Of a stretch of DNA of 64,000 bases, positions 1 through 9,468 are shown piece after piece. Numbering within the stretch: the stretch's first letter is position 1; each line of letters starts with the position of its first letter. The stretch comes from an uncultured Mycoplasmatota bacterium. GTDB taxonomy: Bacteria; Bacillota_I; Bacilli_A; RF39; UBA660. The notes under the pieces were generated by a model that saw nothing but the letters and a program-made list of their open reading frames with translations, did no database searches and had not been told where the DNA came from. Location: positions 5,109 to 69,108 of the forward strand of contig CANPPW010000001.1 of assembly GCA_947576095.1 (NCBI GenBank), given 5' to 3'. The position numbers and the translations under genes are program-made.

Positions 1-66
1 CATTTTATTGGCGAGGTAGCAATTTTTTACCATGGATTAATATTTACGCCACGGGATCTATATTAG
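1..66 (+). CDS. 3' end of an upstream gene (partial, frame 1, ...HFIGEVAIFYHGLIFTPRDLY*)
   Basis: open frame from window edge to TAG at 64-66; no further information. Confidence 0.25.
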   Translation, partial: HFIGEVAIFYHGLIFTPRDLY

Positions 67-164
67 TTTATATTTTAACATATAGACATCGAAGAAATAT
101 AATAAAATTATTTTTAATCAGTACAATTACTTGTGGAATTCTAGAATATTTTTCTGGTCTTGGT

Positions 165-488
165 ATGTATATTATTGGAAATGGGTTAAGATGTTGGGAC
201 TATAATCAGGAGATATTAAATTTTGGAAATCTTCATGGATTTATTTGTTTAAGAAGTGTTTTATTTTTTGGATTTTCGAGTCTTATTTTAATGTATATGC
301 TTGTACCATTTTGTTTTTATATAGCTAAACATACAAATAAAAAATTATTTTTAATAATCAGTATAACTTTATGTTCTATTATTTTAATAGACGAATTTTA
401 TAATTTATTTATTGCTCGAATTTTTCATTTGCCAAGGGCCTCTAAAATTTATAAGGAAATAGGATTACAATATGTAAAATTTAAATGA
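165..488 (+). CDS. hypothetical small polytopic membrane protein (frame is open back to ~105; possible fragment or alternative start)
   Basis: ORF with 3 hydrophobic segments; sits directly upstream of the RR-ABC-HK cassette; no recognisable motif. Confidence 0.3.
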   Translation: MYIIGNGLRCWDYNQEILNFGNLHGFICLRSVLFFGFSSLILMYMLVPFCFYIAKHTNKKLFLIISITLCSIILIDEFYNLFIARIFHLPRASKIYKEIGLQYVKFK

Positions 489-535
489 TTTCTAATTTAT
501 TATGAAATAGGGAAAGAATAAAAAGGAGATTTTAG

Positions 536-1204
536 ATGCAAACAATATTAATTATTGAAGATGACAAAGATATAAATAATATGATAAAACAATTGCTTGA
601 AAAAAAAGGATTTAAAGTATTTCAAGCATTTTCTGGAACAGAAGCTCTTCTTTTACACAACGAAAATATCGATTTAATTCTTTTAGATTTAATGTTGCCT
701 GGAAAAAATGGAGAAGAAATAATAGAAATATTGAAAACTAAAAAATCAGTTCCTGTAATTGTGATGAGTGCAATTGATGATGTAGATACCAAAATTAACT
801 TATTTGAACTGGGAGCAGATGATTATATAACAAAACCCTTTCATAATGAAGAAATGCTTGCTAGAATCAAAGTACAGCTTAAAAATAAAAAAGTTACATC
901 TAATTGCATATTAAAACATAAAGATCTAGTATTGAATATAAATGACTTTACTGTTACATGCAATCAAATTCCAATTATTTTTACTAAAAATGAATTTGAG
1001 ATTTTAAAAATTCTCATGGAGCATCCCAATCAGGTATTAACAAAAAGCATTTTATTTGATCAGGTTTGGGGTAGTGATAATTTTGTGGATGATAACACTT
1101 TAAATGTTCATATCAGTAAAATAAGACATAAACTAAAACAAAAAAATCCAAATTATGATTATATAGAAACAATCTGGAGTGTAGGATATAGGATGAAAAA
1201 ATAA
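536..1204 (+). CDS. OmpR-family response regulator (receiver + winged-helix)
   Basis: N-terminal receiver motifs IIEDD / LILLDLMLPG, phospho-acceptor Asp; C-terminal trans_reg_C with ETIWSVGYRM ending; RBS AAGGAG upstream. Confidence 0.9.
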   Translation: MQTILIIEDDKDINNMIKQLLEKKGFKVFQAFSGTEALLLHNENIDLILLDLMLPGKNGEEIIEILKTKKSVPVIVMSAIDDVDTKINLFELGADDYITKPFHNEEMLARIKVQLKNKKVTSNCILKHKDLVLNINDFTVTCNQIPIIFTKNEFEILKILMEHPNQVLTKSILFDQVWGSDNFVDDNTLNVHISKIRHKLKQKNPNYDYIETIWSVGYRMKK

Positions 1205-1225
1205 AATTTACTTTTTTTTAAGAAT

Positions 1226-1253
1226 GTGTTAAGGTTTTTTTAACACTTTTTTT
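1226..1253 (+). terminator. putative intrinsic terminator or attenuator after the RR gene
   Basis: GTGTTAA-ggttttt-TTAACAC stem followed by a T run. Confidence 0.45.
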
Positions 1254-1281
1254 ATACAATAATTTAGGAAGGAGTAATATT

Positions 1282-2196
1282 ATGAAAAATATAGTGCTAA
1301 AAACAAATGAATTAACTAAAAAGTATAAGAATTTTATTGCCCTGGATAAAGTAAACCTTACTATTGAAAAAGGTGATATTTATGGGCTTATAGGGAGGAA
1401 TGGGGCTGGAAAAACAACACTTATGAAAATCATTTCTACTTTGTCTAGTAAAACTGATGGTGAATTTGAATTATTTGAATGTAATAATAAAAATGCATCA
1501 GAAGTGAAACGAAGAATTGGATGTTTGATTGAAAATCCAGCATTTTATCCCAATATGAGTGCTTATGATAATTTAAAATATTATGCAATTCAAAAGGGAA
1601 TTGTAGATATAAATCAAATTAATGAGGCATTAAAATTAGTAGGATTAGAAAATGTTAAAAAGAAGAAATTTAAAAATTTTTCATTAGGAATGAAACAAAG
1701 ATTAGCAATTGCCCTTGCTGTTATGGATCATCCAGATTTTATAATTCTTGATGAACCAATTAATGGGCTGGATCCTATTGGAATTAGTGATTTAAGGAAT
1801 ACTTTTAAAACATTAAATGAACAAAGAGGTATTACTATTCTTATATCGAGTCATATTTTGTCAGAATTATATGCACTTGCAACAAAATTTTGCATTATAG
1901 AACATGGAAAAGTTATAAAAGAATTAACCAAAGAAGAATTGGATTTAGAATGCAGTAAATGTATTTGTATTAAAACAGATGATACAAAAAAGGCAGCAAT
2001 TATATTGGAAAAAGAATTAAAAACTACCAATTATAAGGTAATTGATCAAAGAGAAATCAGATTATATGATTATCTAGATCATGCCAATCAAGTAAATAAA
2101 GCACTTGCAACAAATGATGTAAATGTTATGAGTATTATTGAGACAGGAATATCCTTAGAAGACTACTTTATAACCATTCTTAAGGAGGCAAATTAA
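1282..2196 (+). CDS. ABC transporter ATP-binding protein (bacitracin/lantibiotic-export type)
   Basis: Walker A GRNGAGKTT, signature LSLGMKQRL, Walker B ILDEP; RBS GGAAGGAG. Confidence 0.9.
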   Translation: MKNIVLKTNELTKKYKNFIALDKVNLTIEKGDIYGLIGRNGAGKTTLMKIISTLSSKTDGEFELFECNNKNASEVKRRIGCLIENPAFYPNMSAYDNLKYYAIQKGIVDINQINEALKLVGLENVKKKKFKNFSLGMKQRLAIALAVMDHPDFIILDEPINGLDPIGISDLRNTFKTLNEQRGITILISSHILSELYALATKFCIIEHGKVIKELTKEELDLECSKCICIKTDDTKKAAIILEKELKTTNYKVIDQREIRLYDYLDHANQVNKALATNDVNVMSIIETGISLEDYFITILKEAN

Positions 2197-2197
2197 A

Positions 2198-3034
2198 ATG
2201 TTAAATATGTTCAAATCGGATTTATATAGAATTTTGAAAGGAAAAGCAATCTATGTAACTTTCTTTGTGATTGTGATTATGTCACTTGTAAGTTGTATAG
2301 GTATGAGTGCAGGCCATATTGGACTTTCGACAGGAGCAAGTAATATAAATATGGAAGATCCTCAATTTGTATTAGAATTAAGTAGGGCCAATAGTTTAAA
2401 AGAAGTAAGAGAAGTTATGACAAGAAAAGGGGCTTTTCCGTTAGATAAAGATATTATTTCTCAAAATAATAATTTATATTATATGTTTATTATTATCATT
2501 GTAATTGTTATTACTACTGATTTTTCAAATAAGACAATAAAAAATACACTTTCATCAGCAGTTTCTAGAAAAAAGTATTATTTTTCAAAAGCATTGTTAG
2601 TATTATTTTTAGCAACCATCATGATACTATTTAATAATTATTTATCTTATTTTTTAAATTATTGGATTAATGGTAAAGAGTTTACAACTTCATTTTTAGA
2701 ATTTTCAAAACTCACAATCATTCAACTTCCATTATTATATGGTATAGTGAGTTTGCTTATTTGTTTTGCTTTTGTATTTAAAAAGACATCCTTATTTAAT
2801 ACAGTTTCTATTCCATTTATCATGATTACACAGTTAATTGTTATCATAATCACAAATCTATTTAAATTAAAAGCAAACTGGTTTTATGAGTATGAATTCC
2901 AATTTGCTCTTGAAAAGATAGTAAATCATCCCAATAATAAATACTTAATATCTATTATGATACTTGGATGTATGTATGTTTTGTTATTTAATGTAATAGG
3001 ATATTATTCATTTCATAAAACAGAAATAAAATAG
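2198..3034 (+). CDS. ABC-2 type permease partner of the upstream ATPase
   Basis: about 6 TM helices; translationally coupled (2-nt gap) to the ATPase. Confidence 0.7.
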   Translation: MLNMFKSDLYRILKGKAIYVTFFVIVIMSLVSCIGMSAGHIGLSTGASNINMEDPQFVLELSRANSLKEVREVMTRKGAFPLDKDIISQNNNLYYMFIIIIVIVITTDFSNKTIKNTLSSAVSRKKYYFSKALLVLFLATIMILFNNYLSYFLNYWINGKEFTTSFLEFSKLTIIQLPLLYGIVSLLICFAFVFKKTSLFNTVSIPFIMITQLIVIIITNLFKLKANWFYEYEFQFALEKIVNHPNNKYLISIMILGCMYVLLFNVIGYYSFHKTEIK

Positions 3035-3051
3035 AGAGGTAGAAGGGGATT

Positions 3052-3936
3052 ATGATATTTATAATAGGTTTGTTAATCATCATTATCATATTATTATTGA
3101 TCTATCTTTTTTCTATCAAAAAGGAATTAATACGCATTAAAAAGGAAATCATTTTTTTGAAAAAGAATGATACCAATATTTATATTCATAAAGAATTATC
3201 TGTAAGGGAATTAAATCATTTAATTGAAGAAATCAATAAATTCATTAGGGATTATAACCATAAAAGACAAGAATTTGAAAATAAAAATAAGAAATTAAAA
3301 AAAATAATGATCAATATATCACATGATTTAAGAACACCTTTGACATCAGCTCTTGGATATATAGATATTGTTGTAAATGATAATTTATCAAAGAAAGAGC
3401 AAGAAAAGAACTTGAAAATTATCGAAAAAAGATTACAAAGATTAGATGAATTGATTGATTCGTTTTTTGAATTTTCTAAAATAGTATTGAATAATAAAAA
3501 GATAGAACAATCAAAAGTGAATTTGATTGGTATTGTTGAGGAATGTATAGCTCATTATTATGATGATTTTAGAAAACAAAACAGAAATATTATTTTAACA
3601 AAAAATATTTCTAAACATGATGTATTCACCAATAGAAATATGTTTATTAGAATATTAGATAATATAATTAGTAATGCATACAAACATAGCATAGGGGATC
3701 TTAGTATCTGTATTACTCAAAAAAATAAATTAGAAATCAAATTTTCTAATAAAGTATTAGAAGATTATTTAGATATAGAGCACATTTTTGATGAATTTTA
3801 TACTACAGATATATCTAGGACTAAAGGAAATACGGGTCTAGGACTAGCAATTGTAAAAGAATTTGTAGAGAACCTAGGAGGAAATATTGTTGCTAGAAAA
3901 AGGAATGATGAATTACATATCATATTAAAATTTTAA
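3052..3936 (+). CDS. intramembrane-sensing histidine kinase (short N-terminal TM, no extracellular domain)
   Basis: H-box ISHDLRTPLTSALGY, N/G boxes (GLGLAIVKEFVENLGG); forms an RR-ABC-ABC-HK cassette typical of peptide-antibiotic resistance modules. Confidence 0.85.
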   Translation: MIFIIGLLIIIIILLLIYLFSIKKELIRIKKEIIFLKKNDTNIYIHKELSVRELNHLIEEINKFIRDYNHKRQEFENKNKKLKKIMINISHDLRTPLTSALGYIDIVVNDNLSKKEQEKNLKIIEKRLQRLDELIDSFFEFSKIVLNNKKIEQSKVNLIGIVEECIAHYYDDFRKQNRNIILTKNISKHDVFTNRNMFIRILDNIISNAYKHSIGDLSICITQKNKLEIKFSNKVLEDYLDIEHIFDEFYTTDISRTKGNTGLGLAIVKEFVENLGGNIVARKRNDELHIILKF

Positions 3937-4094
3937 GGTATGCTTTTCAAGGAATATATTGTATAACAATGAAAAGGAAGAAAAGGGAATTGCGTATTTG
4001 TGCTCTTTTTTAGCTATAAAAAAGCAAGTTTAACCTAAATTATGATAGAAAACACTTTCAAAAGTTTGAATGAATATTATATTACACAATAAAA

Positions 4095-4126
4095 TCAAGG
4101 TTCATCTAGAACCTTGATTCAAATTT
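4095..4126. terminator. bidirectional hairpin between convergent genes
   Basis: TCAAGGTTC-atcta-GAACCTTGA perfect 9-bp stem with a T-rich tail. Confidence 0.4.
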
Positions 4127-4209
4127 ACTTTTTTATTTTGTCTATTGATTTAGGTTTACATTAGAAAAAATGAACTACTGTTTTATATTAAAGTCTACTA
4201 TAGATATAT

Positions 4210-4599
4210 TTATTTTAATTTTTCCTCTAATAATTTTTTTAATTGATCAACTTTATCAAATTCTGATGAAGTATATTTTTGTAAACGATCTCTAAAATGA
4301 AAACTTAATTTTATAATAACAAAAAGGAAAGTAGTAAAAATTAGAATAATACCAGGTATATATAAATCAAAAATAAGCAATATGATACTAAAACATAAAG
4401 AAAGAAACCCAAATAGCAAAATTAAAGTATAGAACATTCTCACCTTTAATTTTTCTTCAAGGGTAGATACCCTGCCTTTTAAATATTTAATTTCATCATG
4501 ATTTGATAAATTTAAATGTTTTACTACATTATTATAAATCAATTCTTCTTTATTTTTTTCTTCTCCAACTATGATATGAATCTTTTCATTTTTGTTCAT
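4210..4599 (-). CDS. hypothetical membrane protein (soluble N-domain + 2 TM)
   Basis: start MNKNEK preceded by the RBS AGGGGG; the longer ORF in the track looks like an N-terminal over-extension that overlaps the next gene. Confidence 0.45.
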   Translation of the reverse strand: MNKNEKIHIIVGEEKNKEELIYNNVVKHLNLSNHDEIKYLKGRVSTLEEKLKVRMFYTLILLFGFLSLCFSIILLIFDLYIPGIILIFTTFLFVIIKLSFHFRDRLQKYTSSEFDKVDQLKKLLEEKLK

Positions 4600-4765
4600 A
4601 AGAATCCCCCTAATAATGTATATTATAACATTTTTCTTATATTTGTAAAGTGGGATAATGCCAAAACGGGTTACTATAAATGATGTAAAATGATTAGAAA
4701 TATAATTCAAAACTTTTGAATTGCAAGAATATAAGTGATATAATAAAAGTGGTAAGGTGTTTAAA

Positions 4766-6166
4766 ATGAATATAAAAGATTTTCGATTATGGATATTTAT
4801 TACTATATTGTCTAGTTTTTTTGTATTTTTTCTAATACAATCAACACCCCACATTGTGTTGATTGGTAAAGAGGTACAAACTCTAGAATTTGGTCAAAAA
4901 TATAAAGAATATGGTGCAAAAGTAAAATGGCTACTGCGGGATTTACCACTTCAAATAAAAATTAAAAATGAAATAAATGAGAAAAAAATAGGAACTTATA
5001 AAGTAAAATATTCAGTACAACATAAAAATAAAGAAATTAAAAAAACTAGAAAAATTCATATTGTTGATACACAGAAACCTAAAATTAAATTGAATGGTAG
5101 TACATTAAGTTATGTTTGTCCAGATCAAAAATATAAAGAAGAAGGTTATACTGCATATGATAATTATGATAAAGATTTAACATCAAAAGTAAAAGTAGAT
5201 ATAAAACATGACAAAATAATTTATACTGTTCAAGATTCTTCATTCAATAAAGCCCAAAAAGTTCGAAAAATATCTTATCAAGATAAAGATATTCCTAAAT
5301 TAGAGTTAAAAGGCCCAAGTACTATAAATTTGTATCAAAATGATTCTTATACAGAACCAGGGTATACATCTATAGATATATGTGATGGTGATCTTACAGA
5401 TACTGTTCAGGTAGAGGGTAGTGTAGATACTAGCAAAATTGGAACATATACTCTTACATATATAAGCAAGGATTCTTTTGGAAATGAAGCAAAAAAAGAA
5501 AGAGTTGTTATTGTTAAACAGAAACCTATCCATGCAGAAAAAACAATATATTTAACTTTTGATGATGGCCCAAGTGCATCCATTACACCAGGCATTTTAA
5601 AAATTTTAAAAGAAGAGAATGTTAAAGCGACCTTTTTTGTAATCAATCATTCATCTAACTTAGATTATTTGATCAAAAAAGAATATGATGAGGGTCATAC
5701 TGTAGGAATTCATTCATATACACATAATTATTCTAAAATCTATTCATCTACAGCTGCGTATTTTGAAGATTTATATGCAATGCAAAATAAAATAGAACGT
5801 ATTACTGGAATAAAAACAACCATCATTCGTTTTCCTGGGGGGAGCTCTAATACAATAAGTCGTAAATATAGCCATGGGATTATGTCCCTATTAACAAAAC
5901 AAGTTACAGCAAACGGATTTCAATATTTTGATTGGAATGTAGGAAGTGGAGATTCTGGAGATGTTCATACTAAGGAAGCTGTTTATCAAAATGTCATAAG
6001 TCATCTTACAAAAAAATCTAATATTGTACTAATGCATGATTTTGAGGGAAATACGAAGACATTAGAAGCTTTAAGAGATATTATCCAATATGGAAAACAA
6101 AATGGATATACATTTTCTAGAATAGAAACAAATACATTTCCAGCACATCATGGAGTGAATAATTAA
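4766..6166 (+). CDS. membrane-anchored polysaccharide deacetylase (NodB domain) with two Ig-like (DUF5011-type) domains
   Basis: TFDDGP, HSYTH and RFPGG NodB motifs; repeats of the EPGYTAxDxxDGDLT type; N-terminal TM; RBS AAGGTG before ATG 4766. Confidence 0.85.
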   Translation: MNIKDFRLWIFITILSSFFVFFLIQSTPHIVLIGKEVQTLEFGQKYKEYGAKVKWLLRDLPLQIKIKNEINEKKIGTYKVKYSVQHKNKEIKKTRKIHIVDTQKPKIKLNGSTLSYVCPDQKYKEEGYTAYDNYDKDLTSKVKVDIKHDKIIYTVQDSSFNKAQKVRKISYQDKDIPKLELKGPSTINLYQNDSYTEPGYTSIDICDGDLTDTVQVEGSVDTSKIGTYTLTYISKDSFGNEAKKERVVIVKQKPIHAEKTIYLTFDDGPSASITPGILKILKEENVKATFFVINHSSNLDYLIKKEYDEGHTVGIHSYTHNYSKIYSSTAAYFEDLYAMQNKIERITGIKTTIIRFPGGSSNTISRKYSHGIMSLLTKQVTANGFQYFDWNVGSGDSGDVHTKEAVYQNVISHLTKKSNIVLMHDFEGNTKTLEALRDIIQYGKQNGYTFSRIETNTFPAHHGVNN

Positions 6167-6202
6167 AAATGAAATAGAGATATAATAAATAGGGGGAACT
6201 AT

Positions 6203-6661
6203 ATGGCTATAAGGGTAGATGCCGATGCTTGTCCTGACATTTTAATAGTAGAGAACTTGTCAAAAAAATATCAAATTGATTTATTTTTATATTTTGATTT
6301 TGCACATCAAATCCAAAGTTCTTATGCAACCTGTATATTATGTGATACTAGTTTTCAAAGTGTAGATATGAAAATTATAAAAGATATTCATACAAAAGAT
6401 TTAGTAATAACACAAGATTATGGACTAGCTGTTTTGGCTATTGGAAAAGGTGCTTATGTATTAAATCCTAAAGGATTTTATTATACTTTAAATACCATTG
6501 ATACTTATCTTATGGAACGTCATATTCATAGTCGCACGAAACATCGAAGGGGACCCAAAAGAAGGAAGAAAATGGATATTCAAAATTTTTCAAAACAAAT
6601 TCTTATATATATTGAAAGAGAATATAGAACTTTGTTTATAGAAAAGGAGAAAGAAAAATGA
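6203..6661 (+). CDS. UPF0178 / YaiI (YqxD)-family protein
   Basis: N-terminus MAIRVDADACP is the hallmark of the DUF188/UPF0178 family. Confidence 0.55.
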   Translation: MAIRVDADACPDILIVENLSKKYQIDLFLYFDFAHQIQSSYATCILCDTSFQSVDMKIIKDIHTKDLVITQDYGLAVLAIGKGAYVLNPKGFYYTLNTIDTYLMERHIHSRTKHRRGPKRRKKMDIQNFSKQILIYIEREYRTLFIEKEKEK

Positions 6662-7341
6662 CCAATATTAAAACAAAAAAAAGAGGAAGCCTCATTATCA
6701 TTTCAGGAACAACTTGTGCAGGAAAAGGAACCGTTATTCAAAAATTACTTGAAAAACATCATAATATAGAACTTTCGGTATCCTATACATCTAGACCTAT
6801 ACGGCCAGGTGATATTGAAGACATTACATATCATTTTATATCTAGACAACAATTTGAGGAAATGATTGAAAGTGATGCATTTTTAGAATACGAAATTGTT
6901 CATGGTAAGGAGTATTATGGAACACCTAAAATAGATGTAGAAGAAAAGCTAAGAAATGGGATAGACATCATTTTAGAAATTGATGTAAAAGGTGCTCAAA
7001 CTATCAAAATATTATTACCAGAAACCATTTTAATATTTATTATGGCACCTTCTATGGAAATTGTAAAAGAAAGAATTAAGGCACGTGGAGCTGAAAGTCC
7101 AGAACAGATTATAAAAAGATTCGAAACAGCTTATCGAGAAATTAATGAAATCAATAAGTATAACTATGTTGTAGTAAATGATAATTTGGATGAAGCTGTA
7201 AAAAAAGTAGAAGCTATTTTAATCTCTGAGAAATGCCGTGTGGATCGGATTGAAGAAATTGCTGTAGAAAATCAAGAAGAAATCATACATGAATTTTTAA
7301 TTGGTAGAGAATTTAATAATGAAAAAAAATCACTTATTTAA
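6658..7341 (+). CDS. gmk: guanylate kinase with a C-terminal extension
   Basis: P-loop SGTTCAGKGT, SYTSRPIRPGDIEDITYHF, EYEIVHGKEYYGTP; 4-nt overlap with the upstream gene. Confidence 0.8.
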   Translation: MTNIKTKKRGSLIIISGTTCAGKGTVIQKLLEKHHNIELSVSYTSRPIRPGDIEDITYHFISRQQFEEMIESDAFLEYEIVHGKEYYGTPKIDVEEKLRNGIDIILEIDVKGAQTIKILLPETILIFIMAPSMEIVKERIKARGAESPEQIIKRFETAYREINEINKYNYVVVNDNLDEAVKKVEAILISEKCRVDRIEEIAVENQEEIIHEFLIGREFNNEKKSLI

Positions 7342-7361
7342 AAAGTAGAACATGAACTTAT

Positions 7362-7386
7362 GATAGATAATAGTCTATCTTTTTCT
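7362..7386 (+). terminator. putative intrinsic terminator after gmk
   Basis: GATAGA-taatag-TCTATC stem + TTTTTCT. Confidence 0.45.
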
Positions 7387-7489
7387 ATTATATTCAAGAA
7401 AATATATAGATTATAATAGTACTCTAAAAAAAGAATACATATTTTTTACCAATATATATAAGTTTTTTCTTTCTGCTTGTTAAAAATAA

Positions 7490-7498
7490 TGCTATAAT
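7490..7498 (+). promoter_or_regulatory. extended -10 element (TGcTATAAT) for corA
   Basis: TGnTATAAT about 30 nt upstream of the corA start. Confidence 0.4.
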
Positions 7499-7526
7499 GA
7501 AAGACGAGGAGAAGGAGAGTGGTAAA

Positions 7527-8471
7527 ATGCTTACTATATATAAAACAAATGATCAATCAAAAACAGTTTCTAAACAAAAAAATTTTGAATCAAATACCTG
7601 GATTGATTTAACATCACCCACTACAGAAGAAATAGATAAAGTTGTATTAGAAACAAAAATTGATAAAGATCTAATTATGAAAATGCTTGATGAAGAAGAA
7701 CTACCAAGAATTGAGGAAAGCGGAAATGCCACACTAATTGTAGTAGATACACCATTTCTAGCTGATAATCACTTCAAAAACAAATATAAAACCTATCCAT
7801 TAGGAATTATTATTGCAAAAAATGGTTATGTAATAACAATATCTATTAAAAAAACAAACTTATTAAATGATTTCCGAACAAATAAAATTTCTTCATTTCA
7901 TACAAGTAAAAAAACGAGATTCCTTATCCAAATCTTATTAAAAACAGCGACTATGTATTTAAAAGTCTTAAATCAGGTAAATCATGATATGTCAGCAAAA
8001 GAAAAAATTTTATCAAAGTCAACTCAAAATAAGCATTTAATAGAACTTTTAGATATAGAAAAAACATTGGTATATTTTATTACCTCATTAAAAGCCAATG
8101 ATCTTGTTTTAGAAAAATTATCTAAAAAAAATGTGCTAGATATGTTTGAAGAAGATTTGGATTTATTAGAAGATGCTATGATTGAAAATAAACAGGCCAT
8201 AGAAATGAGTAGTATTTATAGAGATATTTTATCTTCGGTTACAGATACATATGCTACAATTGTTTCAAACAATTTAAATATTGCTATGAAGTTCTTAGCT
8301 GGTATTACAATTGTATTTTCCATTCCTACTATGATTGCTTCTTTTCTCGGTATGAATGTGCCACTTGGTGAAATTGCTAATAATGATTTTTCTTTCCTCA
8401 TTGTAGCGATTCTTTCTTTTTTACTAGCTGTACTCATTGCCATTTGGTTAAAAAAGAAGGATATGTTATAA
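7527..8471 (+). CDS. corA: CorA-family Mg2+/Co2+ transporter
   Basis: GMN signature (FLGMNVPLG) before two C-terminal TM helices; RBS GAAGGAGAG before MLTIYK. Confidence 0.85.
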   Translation: MLTIYKTNDQSKTVSKQKNFESNTWIDLTSPTTEEIDKVVLETKIDKDLIMKMLDEEELPRIEESGNATLIVVDTPFLADNHFKNKYKTYPLGIIIAKNGYVITISIKKTNLLNDFRTNKISSFHTSKKTRFLIQILLKTATMYLKVLNQVNHDMSAKEKILSKSTQNKHLIELLDIEKTLVYFITSLKANDLVLEKLSKKNVLDMFEEDLDLLEDAMIENKQAIEMSSIYRDILSSVTDTYATIVSNNLNIAMKFLAGITIVFSIPTMIASFLGMNVPLGEIANNDFSFLIVAILSFLLAVLIAIWLKKKDML

Positions 8472-9415
8472 TGATTATTTTAATTTATGGAACAGATCGC
8501 TTTCTTATTCACAAAGAATGTGAAAACATAGCAAAAAAGAGTAAAATAGACTCATTTGGTATAAATCAACTGGATTTAGAAATCACTCCTCTTGCAATGG
8601 TTTTAGAAGATGCATCCATGCCTTCCTTGTTTGGGGATAAAAAAATGATTATTTGTGAAAATAGTTATATTTTTACAGGAGTGAATAAAAAATATTTAAT
8701 TGAGCATGATATATCTTTATTAGAAAAATATCTAGAACACCCCAATATAGATACCATTTTAGTATTTACTGTATTACACGAGAAACTGGACGAGAGGAAA
8801 AAAATTGTACGTCAATTAAAAAAAAGAGCACAAATTTTAGAATGTAATCTATCTAATCAAATGGAGCAAATAGCGAAAGATCTATTAGAAAATTATCGTA
8901 TTTCTTCAGATAATATAAGATTATTATTAAATCGTGTTGGAACAGATTTATTTTTATTAGAAAATGAAATTGAAAAGTTAAAAATATATAAATGGAATGA
9001 AAAAACAATAGAAAAAAACGATATTCTAAATCTGACGCACAAAACAATAGATTTAAATATATTTACATTCATCGATACTATTATTCTGAAAAAAAAGGAA
9101 GAGGCAATGGAAATTTATGAGGAACTGAAAAAAAGAAATCAAGAACCAATTGCTATTTTAATCATGTTAGCCAATCAATTTCGCATTATGTATCAATCAA
9201 AGGAATTATTAATGAGAGGGTATACTGAAAAATCTATTGCAGAAACCTTAAATATTCATCCCTTTCGAGTAAAAAAAGCTCTAGAAAAGGCCAGAGCTTA
9301 TAATAGTGATTTTTTACTTGAATATCTAGAAAAAATCAGAAATTTAGATTATAAGATTAAAAATGGATGGATAGATAAAAATTTGGCTTTAGAATTGTTT
9401 ATTCTAGGAATATAA
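8471..9415 (+). CDS. holA: DNA polymerase III delta subunit
   Basis: size and N-terminal (M)IILIYGTDRFLI pattern of HolA/YqeN; start overlaps the corA stop (TAATG) with the RBS AAGAAGGA. Confidence 0.7.
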   Translation: MIILIYGTDRFLIHKECENIAKKSKIDSFGINQLDLEITPLAMVLEDASMPSLFGDKKMIICENSYIFTGVNKKYLIEHDISLLEKYLEHPNIDTILVFTVLHEKLDERKKIVRQLKKRAQILECNLSNQMEQIAKDLLENYRISSDNIRLLLNRVGTDLFLLENEIEKLKIYKWNEKTIEKNDILNLTHKTIDLNIFTFIDTIILKKKEEAMEIYEELKKRNQEPIAILIMLANQFRIMYQSKELLMRGYTEKSIAETLNIHPFRVKKALEKARAYNSDFLLEYLEKIRNLDYKIKNGWIDKNLALELFILGI

Positions 9416-9437
9416 ACATATCTTATTTAAAAGTATT

Positions 9438-9468
9438 AAAAAGATCAAACTTATGGATCTTTTTTTAT
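9438..9468. terminator. bidirectional terminator between holA and gpsA
   Basis: AAAAAGATC-aaacttatg-GATCTTTTT. Confidence 0.55.

Noticed and set aside
4757-4854. Long N-terminal extensions proposed by the ORF track (e.g. 4210-4854 minus, 4757 GTG, 7497, 8444, 12549, 15495, 17369, 23738, 26170, 28693, 32934, 38654, 39564, 46604, 49017, 50395)
   Set aside because: Internal Met or GTG codons with clear Shine-Dalgarno sequences, and avoidance of overlap with upstream genes, support shorter starts. The extensions lack RBSs.
5306-5646. Antisense ORFs (75 and 79 aa) inside the polysaccharide deacetylase gene
   Set aside because: Embedded opposite a well-supported CDS, no RBS, composition typical of spurious ORFs in AT-rich DNA. 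The same applies to the other short overlapping ORFs in the track (e.g. 8216-8443, 8853-9047, 10172-10417, 11389-11571, 13372-13605, 14368-14583, 16567-16872, 17812-18003, 18721-19288, 21382-21990, 31466-31702, 32577-32989, 33151-33521, 34711-34956, 36158-36370, 38428-39020, 40493-40684, 41822-42076, 43286-43633, 46689-47024, 49754-49939, 51537-51740, 53549-53737, 55973-56173, 61051-61242, 61608-61799, 63328-63513).
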